Of a DNA stretch of 64,000 nt, positions 1 to 12,076 are shown one piece after another. This DNA comes from Trichodelitschia bisporula (Eukaryota), in assembly GCA_010356995.1 (NCBI GenBank), contig ML996700.1, positions 124,001-188,000 on the forward strand, given 5' to 3'. Position 1 is the stretch's first letter, and each line of letters begins with the position of its first letter. The position numbers and the translations under genes were made by a program. Below the pieces are notes generated by a model, which made no database searches, was not told the DNA's origin, and worked only from the letters and a program-made list of their open reading frames with translations.

Positions 1-462
1 GCTTTCCATGACGCTTACGACTTGACGATGCCATGTGATGACCCGTTTACGACTGTGATGCCGGCATAGAGAAATATCCTTTGGCTCTTTTTGAAGATAC
101 CCATCTTATTGTGCAATATAGGCGAGCGAAAAGGTTGGGCATATATTCACCTCAATCCAAATTGTTGATAGATGGTTCTTTTGTCCCAAACACTCAGCTC
201 AGGCGTGTCATCATACTGTACTGCTGCCTGTGCTTAGAGTTCGCCTTTCCAGGAAGGGTTCCTTCAAGTCGCTTCTCGGGATGGCTGCGCTCTTAAGTAT
301 GACCTTCAAAGACTGCCAGGCGCAGAACGAAGGCTAAATATCAGTCCGCAATATTTTCACGTGGCACCGAGAGCTAGTAGTTTTAGACAGAAGACTAGCC
401 GTTGGCATAGGCAAGGCTATCAAAGTATGTAGATACCAATGTTTGAGACAACAGTCCCATCT

Positions 463-2115
463 TCAAACAACCCTCCGGCTAAGTCTCTTATTCTCTCTCT
501 TCCTCTTCAGCTTCATTGCCTCCCTCTTCCTCGCCTTCCAAGCCCGATTGTTCTCCCCACGATGCTCCCAAAACCATTTCGAGAACTCGCTCTCATCCTC
601 ACCATCCTTTGCCGTTCCATTACCCTCAATGGCCCCCTTACTAGCTGGAGGAGCCTCAGCTCCGACGTCAGTCTCAGACTCCGAGTCCTTTCCGTCCTGC
701 ATTTCCTCATCCTCGTCTTCTTCACTCCGCTCTTCCGCGAAGAAAAACTGACGGTCGACAGCCGCCGTATCGGGCGTAGGTGCCGCACTGCGAATGCGTC
801 GCTGGCGATCCTGACCGAAGGGCGTCTGCGGAAAGTCTTCGGGCACTGCATGGGCATCCTCCATGTCCTCCTGGTCTTCGCCGATAGCGTCGAAAAACTT
901 GAATGAGGTGTTGATAGGGGCTGGCTTGGGAGTTCCTACGGTGGGGTCGGGGCGCTTGAAGAGCGCTTCCAGGGGGTGAACCTCCGTAGCCTCAGAAGTC
1001 GGTTCAGCAGAGGGTTTCGATGTAGACTTAAGCGACTCCAGATCGTCCAATGCCTGTTCAGACACAGAATCGTGCTCCGAACTATCAGAGTCACCCTCGG
1101 ATTCGTCTTCGCTGGACGAAGATGTGTCTCCGACAGAGCTCTCTGAATGATCCGATTCAACCTCCACACTAGACTTGTTCCCCACGGCTTTTTGGGCGGC
1201 GAGAGCGTCCTCTTCAGCTTGGGCTTTCCTCTTTGCCTCCTCAGCTTCCTTCCGACGTTGCTCCTCCTGCGCCGCTTTCCCTTCCCTACGCCTCTGTTTA
1301 GACTCGGACTCTTGTTCAATAACATTGCCATCCTCGTCGGCCCAACCTTTGCCTTCAAGGTATTCATGGGCCATCTTAGCATCTCCGGAGACCTTGGTGG
1401 TTTTGAGGAATGTCGCATGCTTCTGCGTCCTCTCGAACTCATGCACAACAAGCTCGCGGCTTTTGCTCTTCTTCTTTGACCTTTCCACGGGTGCTGGGAC
1501 ATTCGGCGGCAGTTTAGTGCGAAAGAGTACCTCCGGCTCATTGGTATATTTGGACGGCTCCCGTTTCCGCTTCTTGTCGTCCTTGGTTGAAGCCTCACTC
1601 TTCTTCTCTTTCTTGTCCCTCTTGGCCTTCTGCTTCTCCGACTCTGGCTCCGTGCGCCCACGCTTCACGACTCTGCCTTCCGGAAGCTCATATCCGAGCA
1701 AAACGCCGTCGCCGCGCTTGACCTTCTTGGACTTCTTCTTCGGCTCATCATCTTCAGCCACCGCAGCAGGTTGCTCTTCCTCCTTCAACTTGCGTTTCTT
1801 GTCCTTCTTATTCTCCTTCTCCTCGCGTGCCTCCTCGATCTTGACTTTGCTGCCTTTGAGGATGGCGCCGTTGAGCTTCTTGCGCAGCTTCTCCGCTTCC
1901 GTCTTGGGCATTTCGACGTATCCAAATCCCTTCTCCGGGAATGTTTGCAGGGTATGAAACGAGATGTTTGTCGCAAGAGGAAGTAGACTAGGCGGCAAAT
2001 ATGTTTTCAACAGTTCGGGAGTGAAAGGCGTGATATGTAGGCGCACGCGGTCGTCTGAGTTGGGCGTTTGCGGGTCGTTGTGAGGGGCAGGCTTTGTGTT
2101 CAAAGTCATGCTCAT
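463..2115 (-). CDS. Nucleolar RRM-domain protein (Nop8-like), K/E/S-rich
   Basis: Single long ORF, first ATG at 2115. N-terminal RRM-like segment (VRLHITPF...KGFGYVEM...LNGAILKGSKVKIEEAR), then low-complexity basic/acidic regions and a conserved-looking tail (FSKWFWEHRGENNRAWKARKREA). Confidence 0.7.
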   Translation of the reverse strand: MSMTLNTKPAPHNDPQTPNSDDRVRLHITPFTPELLKTYLPPSLLPLATNISFHTLQTFPEKGFGYVEMPKTEAEKLRKKLNGAILKGSKVKIEEAREEKENKKDKKRKLKEEEQPAAVAEDDEPKKKSKKVKRGDGVLLGYELPEGRVVKRGRTEPESEKQKAKRDKKEKKSEASTKDDKKRKREPSKYTNEPEVLFRTKLPPNVPAPVERSKKKSKSRELVVHEFERTQKHATFLKTTKVSGDAKMAHEYLEGKGWADEDGNVIEQESESKQRRREGKAAQEEQRRKEAEEAKRKAQAEEDALAAQKAVGNKSSVEVESDHSESSVGDTSSSSEDESEGDSDSSEHDSVSEQALDDLESLKSTSKPSAEPTSEATEVHPLEALFKRPDPTVGTPKPAPINTSFKFFDAIGEDQEDMEDAHAVPEDFPQTPFGQDRQRRIRSAAPTPDTAAVDRQFFFAEERSEEDEDEEMQDGKDSESETDVGAEAPPASKGAIEGNGTAKDGEDESEFSKWFWEHRGENNRAWKARKREAMKLKRKRENKRLSRRVV

Positions 2116-2476
2116 GTCGGAGACTGTGTCGCACAAAGCTCTAAGATCCGGAATTAGACATTATAGGGCTCTCTCCAGTCCCTCCTCTTCTTTGTGTCGG
2201 AGGTGAAGCAGGACGAGAAAGCTTTGGATGTGGACTCGGCGCTTCCAACCGCCGATTTTCACGCCAAGCTATTCAAGCGTCGAGGGTCCGCCGACCCTTG
2301 ACCCTGAGGCTGTGTGTGGCGCAAGCGCCATCGGGATGGAACTTCCCGGCTTCCCCATCACGACCATCGCTTGGTGCTCCGAGTCGCATTCCTGAGTCGC
2401 GTTCATGATCTTAGTTTAGACTCCACCTCGTCATCGTCACTGTCGACAGTTCTTCTATGTAACAGAACCTCTAGTA

Positions 2477-3100
2477 ATGGCCCGATATGGATTCACGCTC
2501 TTCCTCGTGCTCCTAACGGTCCTCAGCCTCAGTCATCTCTCATATGCAGCCTGTCAGTCCAGAAAGCTTATCCCCATGATAGTAGAGCCACTAACCAACG
2601 ACGCCGTTCGTAGCCGCGACCTCCTTCTGCAAGTGCACCTGCTTCTCCAACAGCACTATCATCCAACTCGACGGTCTTCCTGCCTCATCGTCTGGTGACG
2701 CCCCCGCGACGCACCGCGACTCCAAGCAAACGCGCGGCACATGCAATGACTGCAACCGCAAATTCTGTTTAAGCTACAACTTGCCGATATGCAAGGGCGC
2801 GAAGGAAGATGATGTTCTGACGACGTGTTTCCGTATGCGGCTCCTCCCAGCTGGGTTGAGGATGCTAACCTTGGACAGAACGAGATTCTGCAAAGGATGA
2901 AGCTGTCGTGTTTATCTTCATCATCGCAACCACAGGGTTGCTGATATGGGCTGCTGTGCAGTCATGGGTGAAGCAATATGCTGGCGTAAGATCTCTGGCA
3001 GCTCTTGGGGGATTCCTGCTGACATGTGTTCCAGTCGTGGCGTGAAAGACGCACAGCCGTCTATGAGCCCATATCCAATGCGGGGGCAGATGAATCATAA
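2477..3100 (+). CDS. Small secreted/membrane Cys-rich protein, 4 exons
   Basis: Signal peptide MARYGFTLFLVLLTVLSL. Introns ~2553-2613, 2833-2878 and ~2986-3034 with branch sites. Spliced product contains FCKCTCFSNSTII...CNDCNRKFCL..NLPIC...TTCFQRDS and a TM helix (AVVFIFIIATTGLLIWA). Stop TAA 3098-3100. Confidence 0.7.
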
Positions 3101-3292
3101 TACAGGCGTTTGGGATTACGCTTTTGGGTTTATTATGGAGTTTGGCTGGGATACCCAAAACCGCCATGCTAGCAGATCTTGAGTCTAGATGGGGGACGCC
3201 GTTAATGCTACAGACGGATATGCTGGGCACTATGTACAGTGACAAAGTGGAGTTTGTCCATCGAATGTCGATTCCATTGCAACAAAGTGCGA

Positions 3293-4137
3293 CTACCGGC
3301 CGGTAATCCAGCTTGTCCAGCTTTTTGATGACTTTTCCACTGCCTCCGCCGTCTCTTCGCCCAACTGGTCGAGTGGGCCTCCTACGCTGGGTTGGCTGGT
3401 TTGCGGTGACAATGCAGCAGCCTCGGATTTGAGCATCTCTTTGTGCTCCCGTACCGAGTCTTGAACGGCTTTTGTGATGCCAAAACCTTGGTCTGAGCTA
3501 TGCGAATTGTTCGCGGCGACCCCTAGCTTTCCTCCCTTTTGCTCTTCTCTTGACAGGCCGCTAAACATGTAATCCTTGACGCGCTTCATGACGCCAGCCT
3601 TGGCTGCCTTCTCCCGCACGGCCTTTTGAATCTCCTGCTCCTCATGAATGAGGAGAATCTGGTCCTCGTTCGCTGTGCCCTTGGAGACGGCCTCGTAGGC
3701 AGCCGACAGATCGACTTCGCGTTGCGCCTGCTGCTGGGCATACCAGTCGTTCCGCTTGCGGCGGTTGTAGATCATCATATCACCGAGAGATACCGCCGTT
3801 ATGACCGTGGCCACAGCTGCAATTCCAATTAGCCAATGTCTGGTTGATTGCCGTACTCTGTACCGGTGAAGCCGATCAAGCCCAGGGTTGTGAACCGATG
3901 CGCCCTGTCCGCCCATACCCGTCCTCTGGCAACCACCCGGTCAAATGTAGTACCACTCTCCTGGCTCAGCTTTGCTCTTCGGGCCGCTTCGCGCAGCCGC
4001 GCAACCTTCTGCTGTGGTGTTTCATTCGTCGGAGCGGGGCCACTGATGGGGATGGTTGTGGCGCGTGGTTGAGGTTTTGCAGCGGCGTACGGGCCTGTAG
4101 GCGTGAACAGCGTCGCATCGCGCGCGGAGCGGACCAT
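3293..4137 (-). CDS. COX14: Cytochrome c oxidase assembly factor, COX14 family
   Basis: MVRSARDAT...ETPQQKVARLR...RVWADRAHR, TM segment across intron 3817-3863, then DMMIYNRRKR; resembles filamentous-fungal COX14 as I recall it. Confidence 0.7.
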
Positions 4138-4733
4138 CTTGGTTAATGTACGGAGGAGATGGATATCGTGAGCGGGGTTGTGCAGGTTCTTGGTATGGAC
4201 TGATGTTCGGAGCAGAACTTCGAAAGCTCCTGTGCGCACGCCACTTGGAGATGGATGGACGGATTTGGCGATTTCAGAGAAGGACCCACGCCCTAAAGTC
4301 AATAGCAGCTCAAAGGGAGCTTGCGCTTTGCAATAGAGCTCGGCGTAGTGATTGAGTGGCTTGACCTAAGGTGAGGCCATGAACTTTTTTGGGGCGCTTG
4401 TCTCGGTGACCAGTGGCCGAGTCTCCGAGAAGAGTCCGAGCCCTGGGCGTCAAGAGACGACATCCCAAGTATGTTCAACTGTATATACCCCGCAAGTGCT
4501 ACTGTTCGATGCAAAATTGGATTCTTCGAGTATACTATGAAGGAGGCAAATGCTCAATGAGAGTTCAGATCTCACGCAACACCAGTGCCATGGAAGTGAC
4601 GGCTCGCCTTCAGGATTAAGTCGATTTCGCGTCAATGCTAAATACACAAACGGTTCGCGCAACTTGCACTCCGTAGTCAACACCCTCCGCACCTATCGTC
4701 AAAAGTTCGCCCGTTCACGGCACTATCCTGAAG

Positions 4734-5734
4734 ATGGACCAACCCAATGATTCTGGTGGCTCAAGCCTAGATATCGATGCAATCCTGAGATCCATTTCTC
4801 AGTTCATCCCTCAGCAACAGCCTCAGCTTGACCACGCTCCTACTGCTCAACCAGGACAGCAACAAGCTCAGCCTCAATTACACCATGGCAGTTCTTTTCA
4901 GAACCTAGAGCAGCAGCAAGTTCAGCTGTCAACCAAGTATACCGACACTCCTGCCTCAACCCCGACGTCCGCAACCAGCCTGTACGGCGTGATCTCTGGA
5001 CAGCAGCGGCGGCAATCGGACCCAGACGCCCAGCCACCGGCACGAACTCTATCGCCTACAATCAACCCAGCGACTATTACAGAATGGCGGACTGCCGTTC
5101 GCTGTGTGACCACGATGATGCAGCAAAATCCCCAGTTCGCCGCTCATGTTCGGAAGGTAAATGGCCTTCTTATGAAGCGGAGGCTGAAGCTTACAACTTC
5201 ATAGATGATAGCAGATCAAGATCAGAACTTGAAGCAGTGGTATGCGCGCAATCTTCTGATTCCGACGAATCTAACACTCCCTTAGGTGGAAAGACCGGGA
5301 AGCACTGATTGTTAAGCAAAAGTCACGGATTCAGCGAACCAAGGAGCTTAACAACACGCTGTAAGGAAATTACGCGGTCAGGTTATCATTCATCTAACCG
5401 ACATATAGGAAAGCACTTGGTGCCGCTCCTGCGAGTGATCCGGTATGTTGCTCCTTTGCGATATCCCTCAAACTCTAACCTTATGTAGACCGATGAAGAG
5501 AACATAGCTGAACTAGCCCATTTTGACGTGAAGGTATACAAGGCCTCGCAGCGTATGGTGGACGTTCACACTGGCGAGCTGAAGAGACTTGGAGTCCCTT
5601 TCTTTGGGATCAAACCTGAACGCGTCACTAAGACCCCCAGCAATGACCCGAACGACACCCGTATCACGGAAGAGCAACTGCTGCAGTTGCAGCGCAGGAT
5701 GATTGAATATCTAGAAGACCTTTACAGAGATTGA
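4734..5734 (+). CDS. Hypothetical protein (DUF2458-like), multi-exon
   Basis: Q-rich N-terminus, PATITEW motif, GT..AG introns near 5157, 5361 and 5443; last exon FDVKVYKAS...LKRLGVPFFGI...LQRRMIEYLEDLY. Confidence 0.65.
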
Positions 5735-6550
5735 GCCGTAATCTGGCTTGAGCTAGCCAGCGCTGTTGTGGAAGTGCTCCTGACCAGCTCTGCATACGCT
5801 CTTGTAACTTGCAATGGACTCGGAAGTCGAATGGGCACGGAGAGCGTCATAGGGGTGACGCACACGGAGGCAAACGGAGATTATCCGAAGGGGAATTAGA
5901 TAGCCTGCGAACCACGCGTGCTGTAGCAAGGTAACCTCACCCTCCGTTACACCACCTCTTTTGGCCAAGCCATTAACATAATACAGGAGAACTGAGCAGC
6001 AAGAGAGAATGGACAGCAAGAATATGCAAGCATCCTGTTTATTCTGACCAGTGAGAGACCATGTGAGAGTGAACTCATGTCATCCCAACCCTCATAGGGC
6101 GATATTTGGTGTTTGATATCCCTCGTAGACGGCCACGGGGGGTCATCGTTGGGAAATTGGGCTTAGGGGTGGAAGGAGAAGGAAGGTGCCTTTGCGGGGG
6201 GGGCGAGTTTGTACGACGAGCATGCGATGGTGGGCGCGCCGACCGGGAAACGGAAGGCACGGTGGGTAGCCGCCCGGCTCGTTCCTTCCTCAATCAGCAA
6301 CAGTGCCACGACTCCGCGCAAGTAGGCGACACACGCCAAGAACGTGCTCCAGAGGGTCTTGCGCAGACGAGTACAAGACCCATTTCCTCTTCTCCTCAAC
6401 CTAAACCCAAACATCACTCTCGCCATTCCTTTTCAAATTCCTTGATCCATCTCACAGCCCCCAACACTCTTTTTGTCATTCACACTATCATTCGCTCCAT
6501 CTTACATTCATCGGACCTACCCTAGTTTAGTCCTTGCTGTTGTCACAAAC

Positions 6551-8046
6551 ATGTACTTTGCTAAGCTTGTCCTTTTCGGAGGCGCGCTCACTGCCTATGG
6601 CGGTGCGGCCGCGCGCTTCGTTGGTCCTGTCGAGAGCGCTAGCTTCGGTGGCTATGTAAGTACTCCAGTGCATACTCCACTAGCTCTTGCTAACTATAGC
6701 AGTCTAAGGTCGTTGGTTCCGCCGTCGCTCCGACCGGTGTTCAGGTTGTCCCGTTCATCGAGGTCAAGAAGCCGATCGCTACTAACGCGCATTGGGACGT
6801 GATTGCTGGCCGCGCTGTTACTCCGGGTATGTCTTATGATGATTCAAGATTCCCCTGCGTTGTGTGCCAACTTTCCGTTTTGGAAGCGCATGGCGTAATA
6901 TCTCGTATCCTGGTACAATGCTAATACTACTTTGAAGTGTGCGACTCTTGCAGCGTTGGGCCTGGAGCGTTCTACCCTCCTTTTTCTTATTACGGAGGAA
7001 ACGAGCTAACGCATTATCAAGAAACTTTGGGCACCGCGTCCGATAGTACCCAGAGCACCGATAGCACCACGACCATCAAGGAGACGACCACCATCCAGCA
7101 CACGCGGACTACCGTCGTCACAACTCATCCCACGTCTGACGTATCAGCCTCGAGCAGCTGCACTAGTGCAACTTCGTCGACAATCGAGAGCTTGTCCAGC
7201 AGCGAGACGTACACGTCGACTATCACTAAGTCTGTGGTCAGCGTGACAGCGTTTTCCGCTTCAACCAACACAACCGACGCCACGCAAGCATCCCCGGTTC
7301 CTACCTCTTCCTCTTGCACTTCGTCTGTGGTTGTTGTCACGGCTACCGTCTCTACGTTTCGCTCTGATGTCGCCGGCTCACTTTCGCCTCAGATCACTCG
7401 CGCGGCTGCACCTGAGACCACTGGCTCCTCTGCATCTGAGAGCACTAGCCCACCGGCACCTGAGATTGCTAGCTCGGCTGTACTTGAGAGTACGAGCTCG
7501 GCGGCACCTGAGATGGCTAGCGCTCCGGTGCCTGAGGCTGTCGGCTCCCCTACGGTCAGCTGCTTTAATCCTTATGGCACTTTGAGTCTCCAACCGGGCC
7601 AGGCGTTTAACGGGAACATGTCGACTTTGATGTCGGTATGTGTCACGGCCGTTCAAACTCTCAGCAGCACGTCGTTCATGACCGTCACTCAGTCGGTCAA
7701 TCGGACCACTGTTGGTTTCCTCGGCACGGCTATTCCTCAAAACATGACGCAACCCTTCAGCAATTCAACTCGCACGGGAAACAGCACCGTGGCTCCTATG
7801 ACAACTGAATCCACTGCGTCCACCTCCACCGCCGATGCTCAATTCACCAACCAGACGGCTCCGGTTACCGCCACCGGTACTAGCACCTGCTGGGACGAAC
7901 CGCACAGCACATTCGGATCTTGCTCTGCGCCAAATGCGACCAAGACGCCTCTGCACAGCAATGCTTCACGCACTTCCGAGTTCAGAAACGGCATTGGCTG
8001 GACCGTTCTTGCGGTGGTCTGTGTCATCTACTTTCTGGGAATCTAA
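6551..8046 (+). CDS. Ser/Thr-rich secreted, probably GPI-anchored cell-wall protein
   Basis: Signal peptide MYFAKLVLFGGALTAYGGAAA; introns starting 6656 (GTAAGT) and 6827 (GTATGT); long S/T-rich exon with many N-x-S/T sites; hydrophobic C-terminus (GIGWTVLAVVCVIYFLGI). Confidence 0.75.
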
Positions 8047-8747
8047 ACTCTCTAACATCTAAAACGACACATTCAGCGACAGGGTTATGATGGTGTAGAG
8101 GTACGCTCTTGCTATTTTGCTACTCTGATGGGGCGAATGTTCGGTTTGATGTTCTACGGTAGTTTAGGTGGCCGCTTCTCACAGAAATAAAACCCATGCT
8201 TTCATGAACCAGCAACCGTGATGCTTGAGTGTATTGTGATATTTAGCCTTTAATCTGGCACTGTCCTTGGAAGGAGTGTCGTCCAGCATTGGCGGCCAGT
8301 TCAAGGAGATTGACTCCACGAGCAAGTTGACAGCCTTCACTTCTGATTGGCTGTTGACAATCTAAGGTTACTGACGCCAATCATGGAGACTCTCCATCTC
8401 TGTCGCTGTGATGAAGCAACTATTTTACCAAAACTCCGCAGCTCTGGAGTACTCTAGTTCTAGAACTAAAGCTTGAACACTGATTAGCGATGGATCCACG
8501 TGCTTCGCGCGCTAGCCCAACACCCAATCCGAGCACATCCAGAGCAACCGACGATCCCATACCCGATCCCAGGTCAGCCTTGGACAAGGCGGCTTGACGT
8601 CATGCCGGTTCGCGACTGACTCCGTCATAAGTATCGGCGACTTCCCGCGAACCCATCCCAAGTACCAAGCCACAGCGAACTCTACTACCGCAAGCTTAAT
8701 ATCTACCAAACACGCACCTAAACTTTAACCATCCACTCCACAACACA

Positions 8748-9261
8748 ATGGCAAACAACGCAGGCCACTCCGCCAGCAACGTCCTCAAGCAAGGCTGGGC
8801 CAAAATTCACGTCCGTCCTCCCCCTTGTGCACTAAGTTTCCCACTAACCCACCCAGGGCGCCGGCGAAGTCATCCGCGGCAATGTCAACACCTTCGCGGA
8901 CGACGTCACGGGCACGAAGAACCCGCAGGACGCGGCTACCACCGAAGCCGGCGTCCGGGAGTTCGAAACGGGCAAGCCGAACCCGAGTACCGGCATCTCC
9001 GGTACTAACCCCCCGCGGGGTCCCCCGAATGCCAGTCACCCGGCCCAGGCGCCTGAGTTCTCGGCCGGTGCGACGACGGGGTCTTCTGGCCGTGCGCCGG
9101 ACCTCCCTCCTCGGCAGGCGGCTGGAACGGGGCCAGCGCCGCATCTCTCTGGACAGGCGGAGATGGGGCAGGGGGGTGTGACTGGGCAGCAGACGTTTGA
9201 TGGGACAGGGAGCTCTGGATATGCGGAGCAGCAGCCTGGGATGGCGGGGAGGAAGTTGTAG
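8748..9261 (+). CDS. Small hydrophilic Gly/Pro-rich hypothetical protein
   Basis: MANNAGHSASNVLKQGWAKIH, intron 8811-8856 (GTCCGT..CTAAC..CAG), then GAGEVIRGNVNTFADD...GMAGRKL, TAG 9259-9261. Confidence 0.65.
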
Positions 9262-9538
9262 AGAGGGCAGAGTGTCACGGCCGAACCTTTAGACTGATGA
9301 TTCCTTCTTGTTAGCGTTAAAGAAGACAGTGTATTCGCACATTCCTATCCAAACGCTCATGTCCAAATGCTCTACCGCCTAGGTGCTTACAAATCCGACT
9401 TCCGAGTACTCCGAATCCAGTTCCTCCATGCGTAAAGGTATCGTCAAAACAGCCCACGTGCAAGCGCCTAACCCGATCCCTCCTTCCCATGCCCAAGCTC
9501 CATCAAACAGTTACTCTAAACTCGAAGTTACAACGATA

Positions 9539-12076
9539 TCAATACACATCCCAAGTGCCAATTTGATTGGCAATCAGCCGACTCTTCGGCCAATCGTATC
9601 CGTGCTTGTAAGACGCCAAAAGAGGCTCCTCATCGATACCGCAATGGTCCTCACCATCGCGCCCGTTGAACCATCCAAGCCCATACGTTTTCTTCAGGCT
9701 CTCCAAATGCTTCGTCATCTGGCGGCCATCCATGCGATGTGTATTGACGAACGAACTTAACATGCGGCTCTGATGGATGTACGCCAAAATCCCGGCAATG
9801 GTACCCGGCTGACGTGGGAGGAACTTGTGCCGACGGTAAGCGTACACAAGCGACGCGACGGCACAAAGGTAGGCAATAATGATCATGACGAGCGCGAATG
9901 ACACCCAAAACGACTTGAACGTCTCGCTCGTGTTGTATCGGTCGTTGTTGTCGTGGTCGGTTGGATTTCCACCGTGGCCGCTGATGAACTTGCGCCCATC
10001 TACACTGAATGATGACACACATACGGTCAGCACTTCGGTGAGGATGGAGCCAAACCCCACCATGGCAATAAGCCAGTGCTTGTTCGTGAAGGCTTTGACC
10101 GTTAGCCAGCCGGGGACTGTGCCGGTGTAGTCGAGAGTGAGGGTCCGCGGAGCAGCGTGGCGCCGCGAGAGGACATAGTATGGTTCCACGACGCGCAGGT
10201 TCATATCCATGGAGCCCCAGAGGAGCTTGACAATGGTCGCCAAAGCAGTGAGGAGGAAGGAAACCTTCTCGGTGACCAGGTTCGCAGTGGGGACGAAGAC
10301 GAAGACGGGTACAACGCAAGCGAAAGCGACCATGTAGACGATGAATGGAACACCAAACAGGAGCCGAAGCATGGGAGGATGTGGATTCTCGACCTTGATG
10401 GCCTGGAGCTTCTCGTCGTGACGGATGTACTCACCCTGCCACAGCGAGGATTTGTGCAGATTGTAGCGGCGCTGGTTGAGTTGTTTGTCGATGTCGGCGT
10501 TGGAGGCTAAGTCAAGACCTTTCAGATCGTTCAGAATGTGGGATTTGGTGGCCATAGCTGCGATACCGGCGATTCCTTGAGGGTCACTGAGAAGTCCGCT
10601 CTTACGACGCAGCTGGATGAGCAAGAGAACGCCGTAGATGGCGATGCACAAGAGGGCCCCGCTCATCGCGCGAGACCAGATACCGTTGATCCGGACAAAC
10701 TTAGGCTCGTCATCCTGGCGCTTCTTTTTGTCCGGGAGCAGCACTACTGAACCGGATTGCAGGACCGGGACGATACCGCCGGCGAGGAGAGTCGCAACGG
10801 ATGAGAAGAACACGGCCCATTGCTTGCATCTTAGCGCTTTGAAGGGAATCAGATAGGTGATGGAGGTGAGGTAGTCCTGGTTCAAGGAATCCCGAGCCGT
10901 TGCACCGGATCGTTTCGATAACTGATAGAAGGGCTCAAGACGCTTTATTTCGAAGTCGGCCACCTGCCACATCACGCCGTATGTGACCAGGACGAGGGTC
11001 GGCAAGTACTTCCACACAAAATACTGCATGATGCTTAGTTCGTTCGGGTGCTTGAACTCTAGGAGACCGGTGTTTTTGCTGGCCCTCCTGATGGAGAGCT
11101 GACACAGGACTTCTTGTACAACAGCCAGCGCCGCAGCAATGACAATGAGCAAGGTGATATACGGCCATTTCATCGAGAAGGGTCGCCACGCCGGTTTTTC
11201 AGGATCCTCAGGGAAGAAGTAGCTTTTCTGTGTGTCGCTTCCATCTTGAGTTGGCACCGAGCCAGGCTTGGTGGATTGACTGTAGTCGGCGCCGCCAAAG
11301 TTGCTAATGTCGACCGTCGGCTCTTCGACTACGATGATTTCCCCCTTGGCTTCGGCTATCTTTTGTACAGCTGCGCGGGTCTCCTGATCCGTCGCCGATA
11401 AACCTCTTTTGTGTCTGCGTTGGCCAGGACTGGGATCGAAGGACCGCACATCGTTCATTCCCCCACCAAGAGCGCCATGTCCCGCAACCTCTTGCCCCAG
11501 ATGAGTGTAACCGTCCAGACCACTAATGTCATAGTCGATGCTTTCTGTCTCGGCAAAGGTCTGGAGCTCCTGATGTCCGTGCGCCTCGGCGTCATCGTGT
11601 AAGACGCCATATCGGTTTCGTTTCGACAGTCGATTCGTCCGTATGGACCCCAGTTTGCTTATCAGACTTTGTTTCTTAACGGGTTGGGATGCCGGCGTCG
11701 AGCCTTCCGACTCAAATGGGGAAATCGGTGAATAGCTCGTCTCCCTCGAGAACGAGGGCAAAGGCGGTGCCGACGGTAAGGTGAAGGGAGACGAGGAGGG
11801 AGCACTCTGCACAGGGCTTTCGCAGAGACTGTCGACCGTGGAGAAGCGCTTCGGAGGTCGTGCGTCGACGGACGTCCATTGCTCTGCCGCCGCCGATGCG
11901 CGACGCGACGACGAATAACTGGAGATGTTGGTGCCTCCACGCGAATAAGACTCGGGTATAGGGCTGACTGCGGACGATGGCCGCCGCGGACCGGACGATG
12001 TGCTTTCACGGCGGTTGTCGTCTCGTTCGTTGAGGGGACTGCCGACACGCAGCGCGGCAGGGAGCGCGTCATCCAT
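9539..12076 (-). CDS. Multi-pass membrane protein (DUF3433-like)
   Basis: 845-aa intronless ORF with disordered N-terminus and two related units (YLPT..W...DFEIKRLEPFYQLS; WGSMDMNLRVVEPYYVLS..TLTLDY) and several TM helices. Confidence 0.75.
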   Translation of the reverse strand: MDDALPAALRVGSPLNERDDNRRESTSSGPRRPSSAVSPIPESYSRGGTNISSYSSSRRASAAAEQWTSVDARPPKRFSTVDSLCESPVQSAPSSSPFTLPSAPPLPSFSRETSYSPISPFESEGSTPASQPVKKQSLISKLGSIRTNRLSKRNRYGVLHDDAEAHGHQELQTFAETESIDYDISGLDGYTHLGQEVAGHGALGGGMNDVRSFDPSPGQRRHKRGLSATDQETRAAVQKIAEAKGEIIVVEEPTVDISNFGGADYSQSTKPGSVPTQDGSDTQKSYFFPEDPEKPAWRPFSMKWPYITLLIVIAAALAVVQEVLCQLSIRRASKNTGLLEFKHPNELSIMQYFVWKYLPTLVLVTYGVMWQVADFEIKRLEPFYQLSKRSGATARDSLNQDYLTSITYLIPFKALRCKQWAVFFSSVATLLAGGIVPVLQSGSVVLLPDKKKRQDDEPKFVRINGIWSRAMSGALLCIAIYGVLLLIQLRRKSGLLSDPQGIAGIAAMATKSHILNDLKGLDLASNADIDKQLNQRRYNLHKSSLWQGEYIRHDEKLQAIKVENPHPPMLRLLFGVPFIVYMVAFACVVPVFVFVPTANLVTEKVSFLLTALATIVKLLWGSMDMNLRVVEPYYVLSRRHAAPRTLTLDYTGTVPGWLTVKAFTNKHWLIAMVGFGSILTEVLTVCVSSFSVDGRKFISGHGGNPTDHDNNDRYNTSETFKSFWVSFALVMIIIAYLCAVASLVYAYRRHKFLPRQPGTIAGILAYIHQSRMLSSFVNTHRMDGRQMTKHLESLKKTYGLGWFNGRDGEDHCGIDEEPLLASYKHGYDWPKSRLIANQIGTWDVY

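Noticed and set aside
9250..9261. C-terminal -RKL as PTS1
   Set aside because: Arg at -3 does not fit the consensus.
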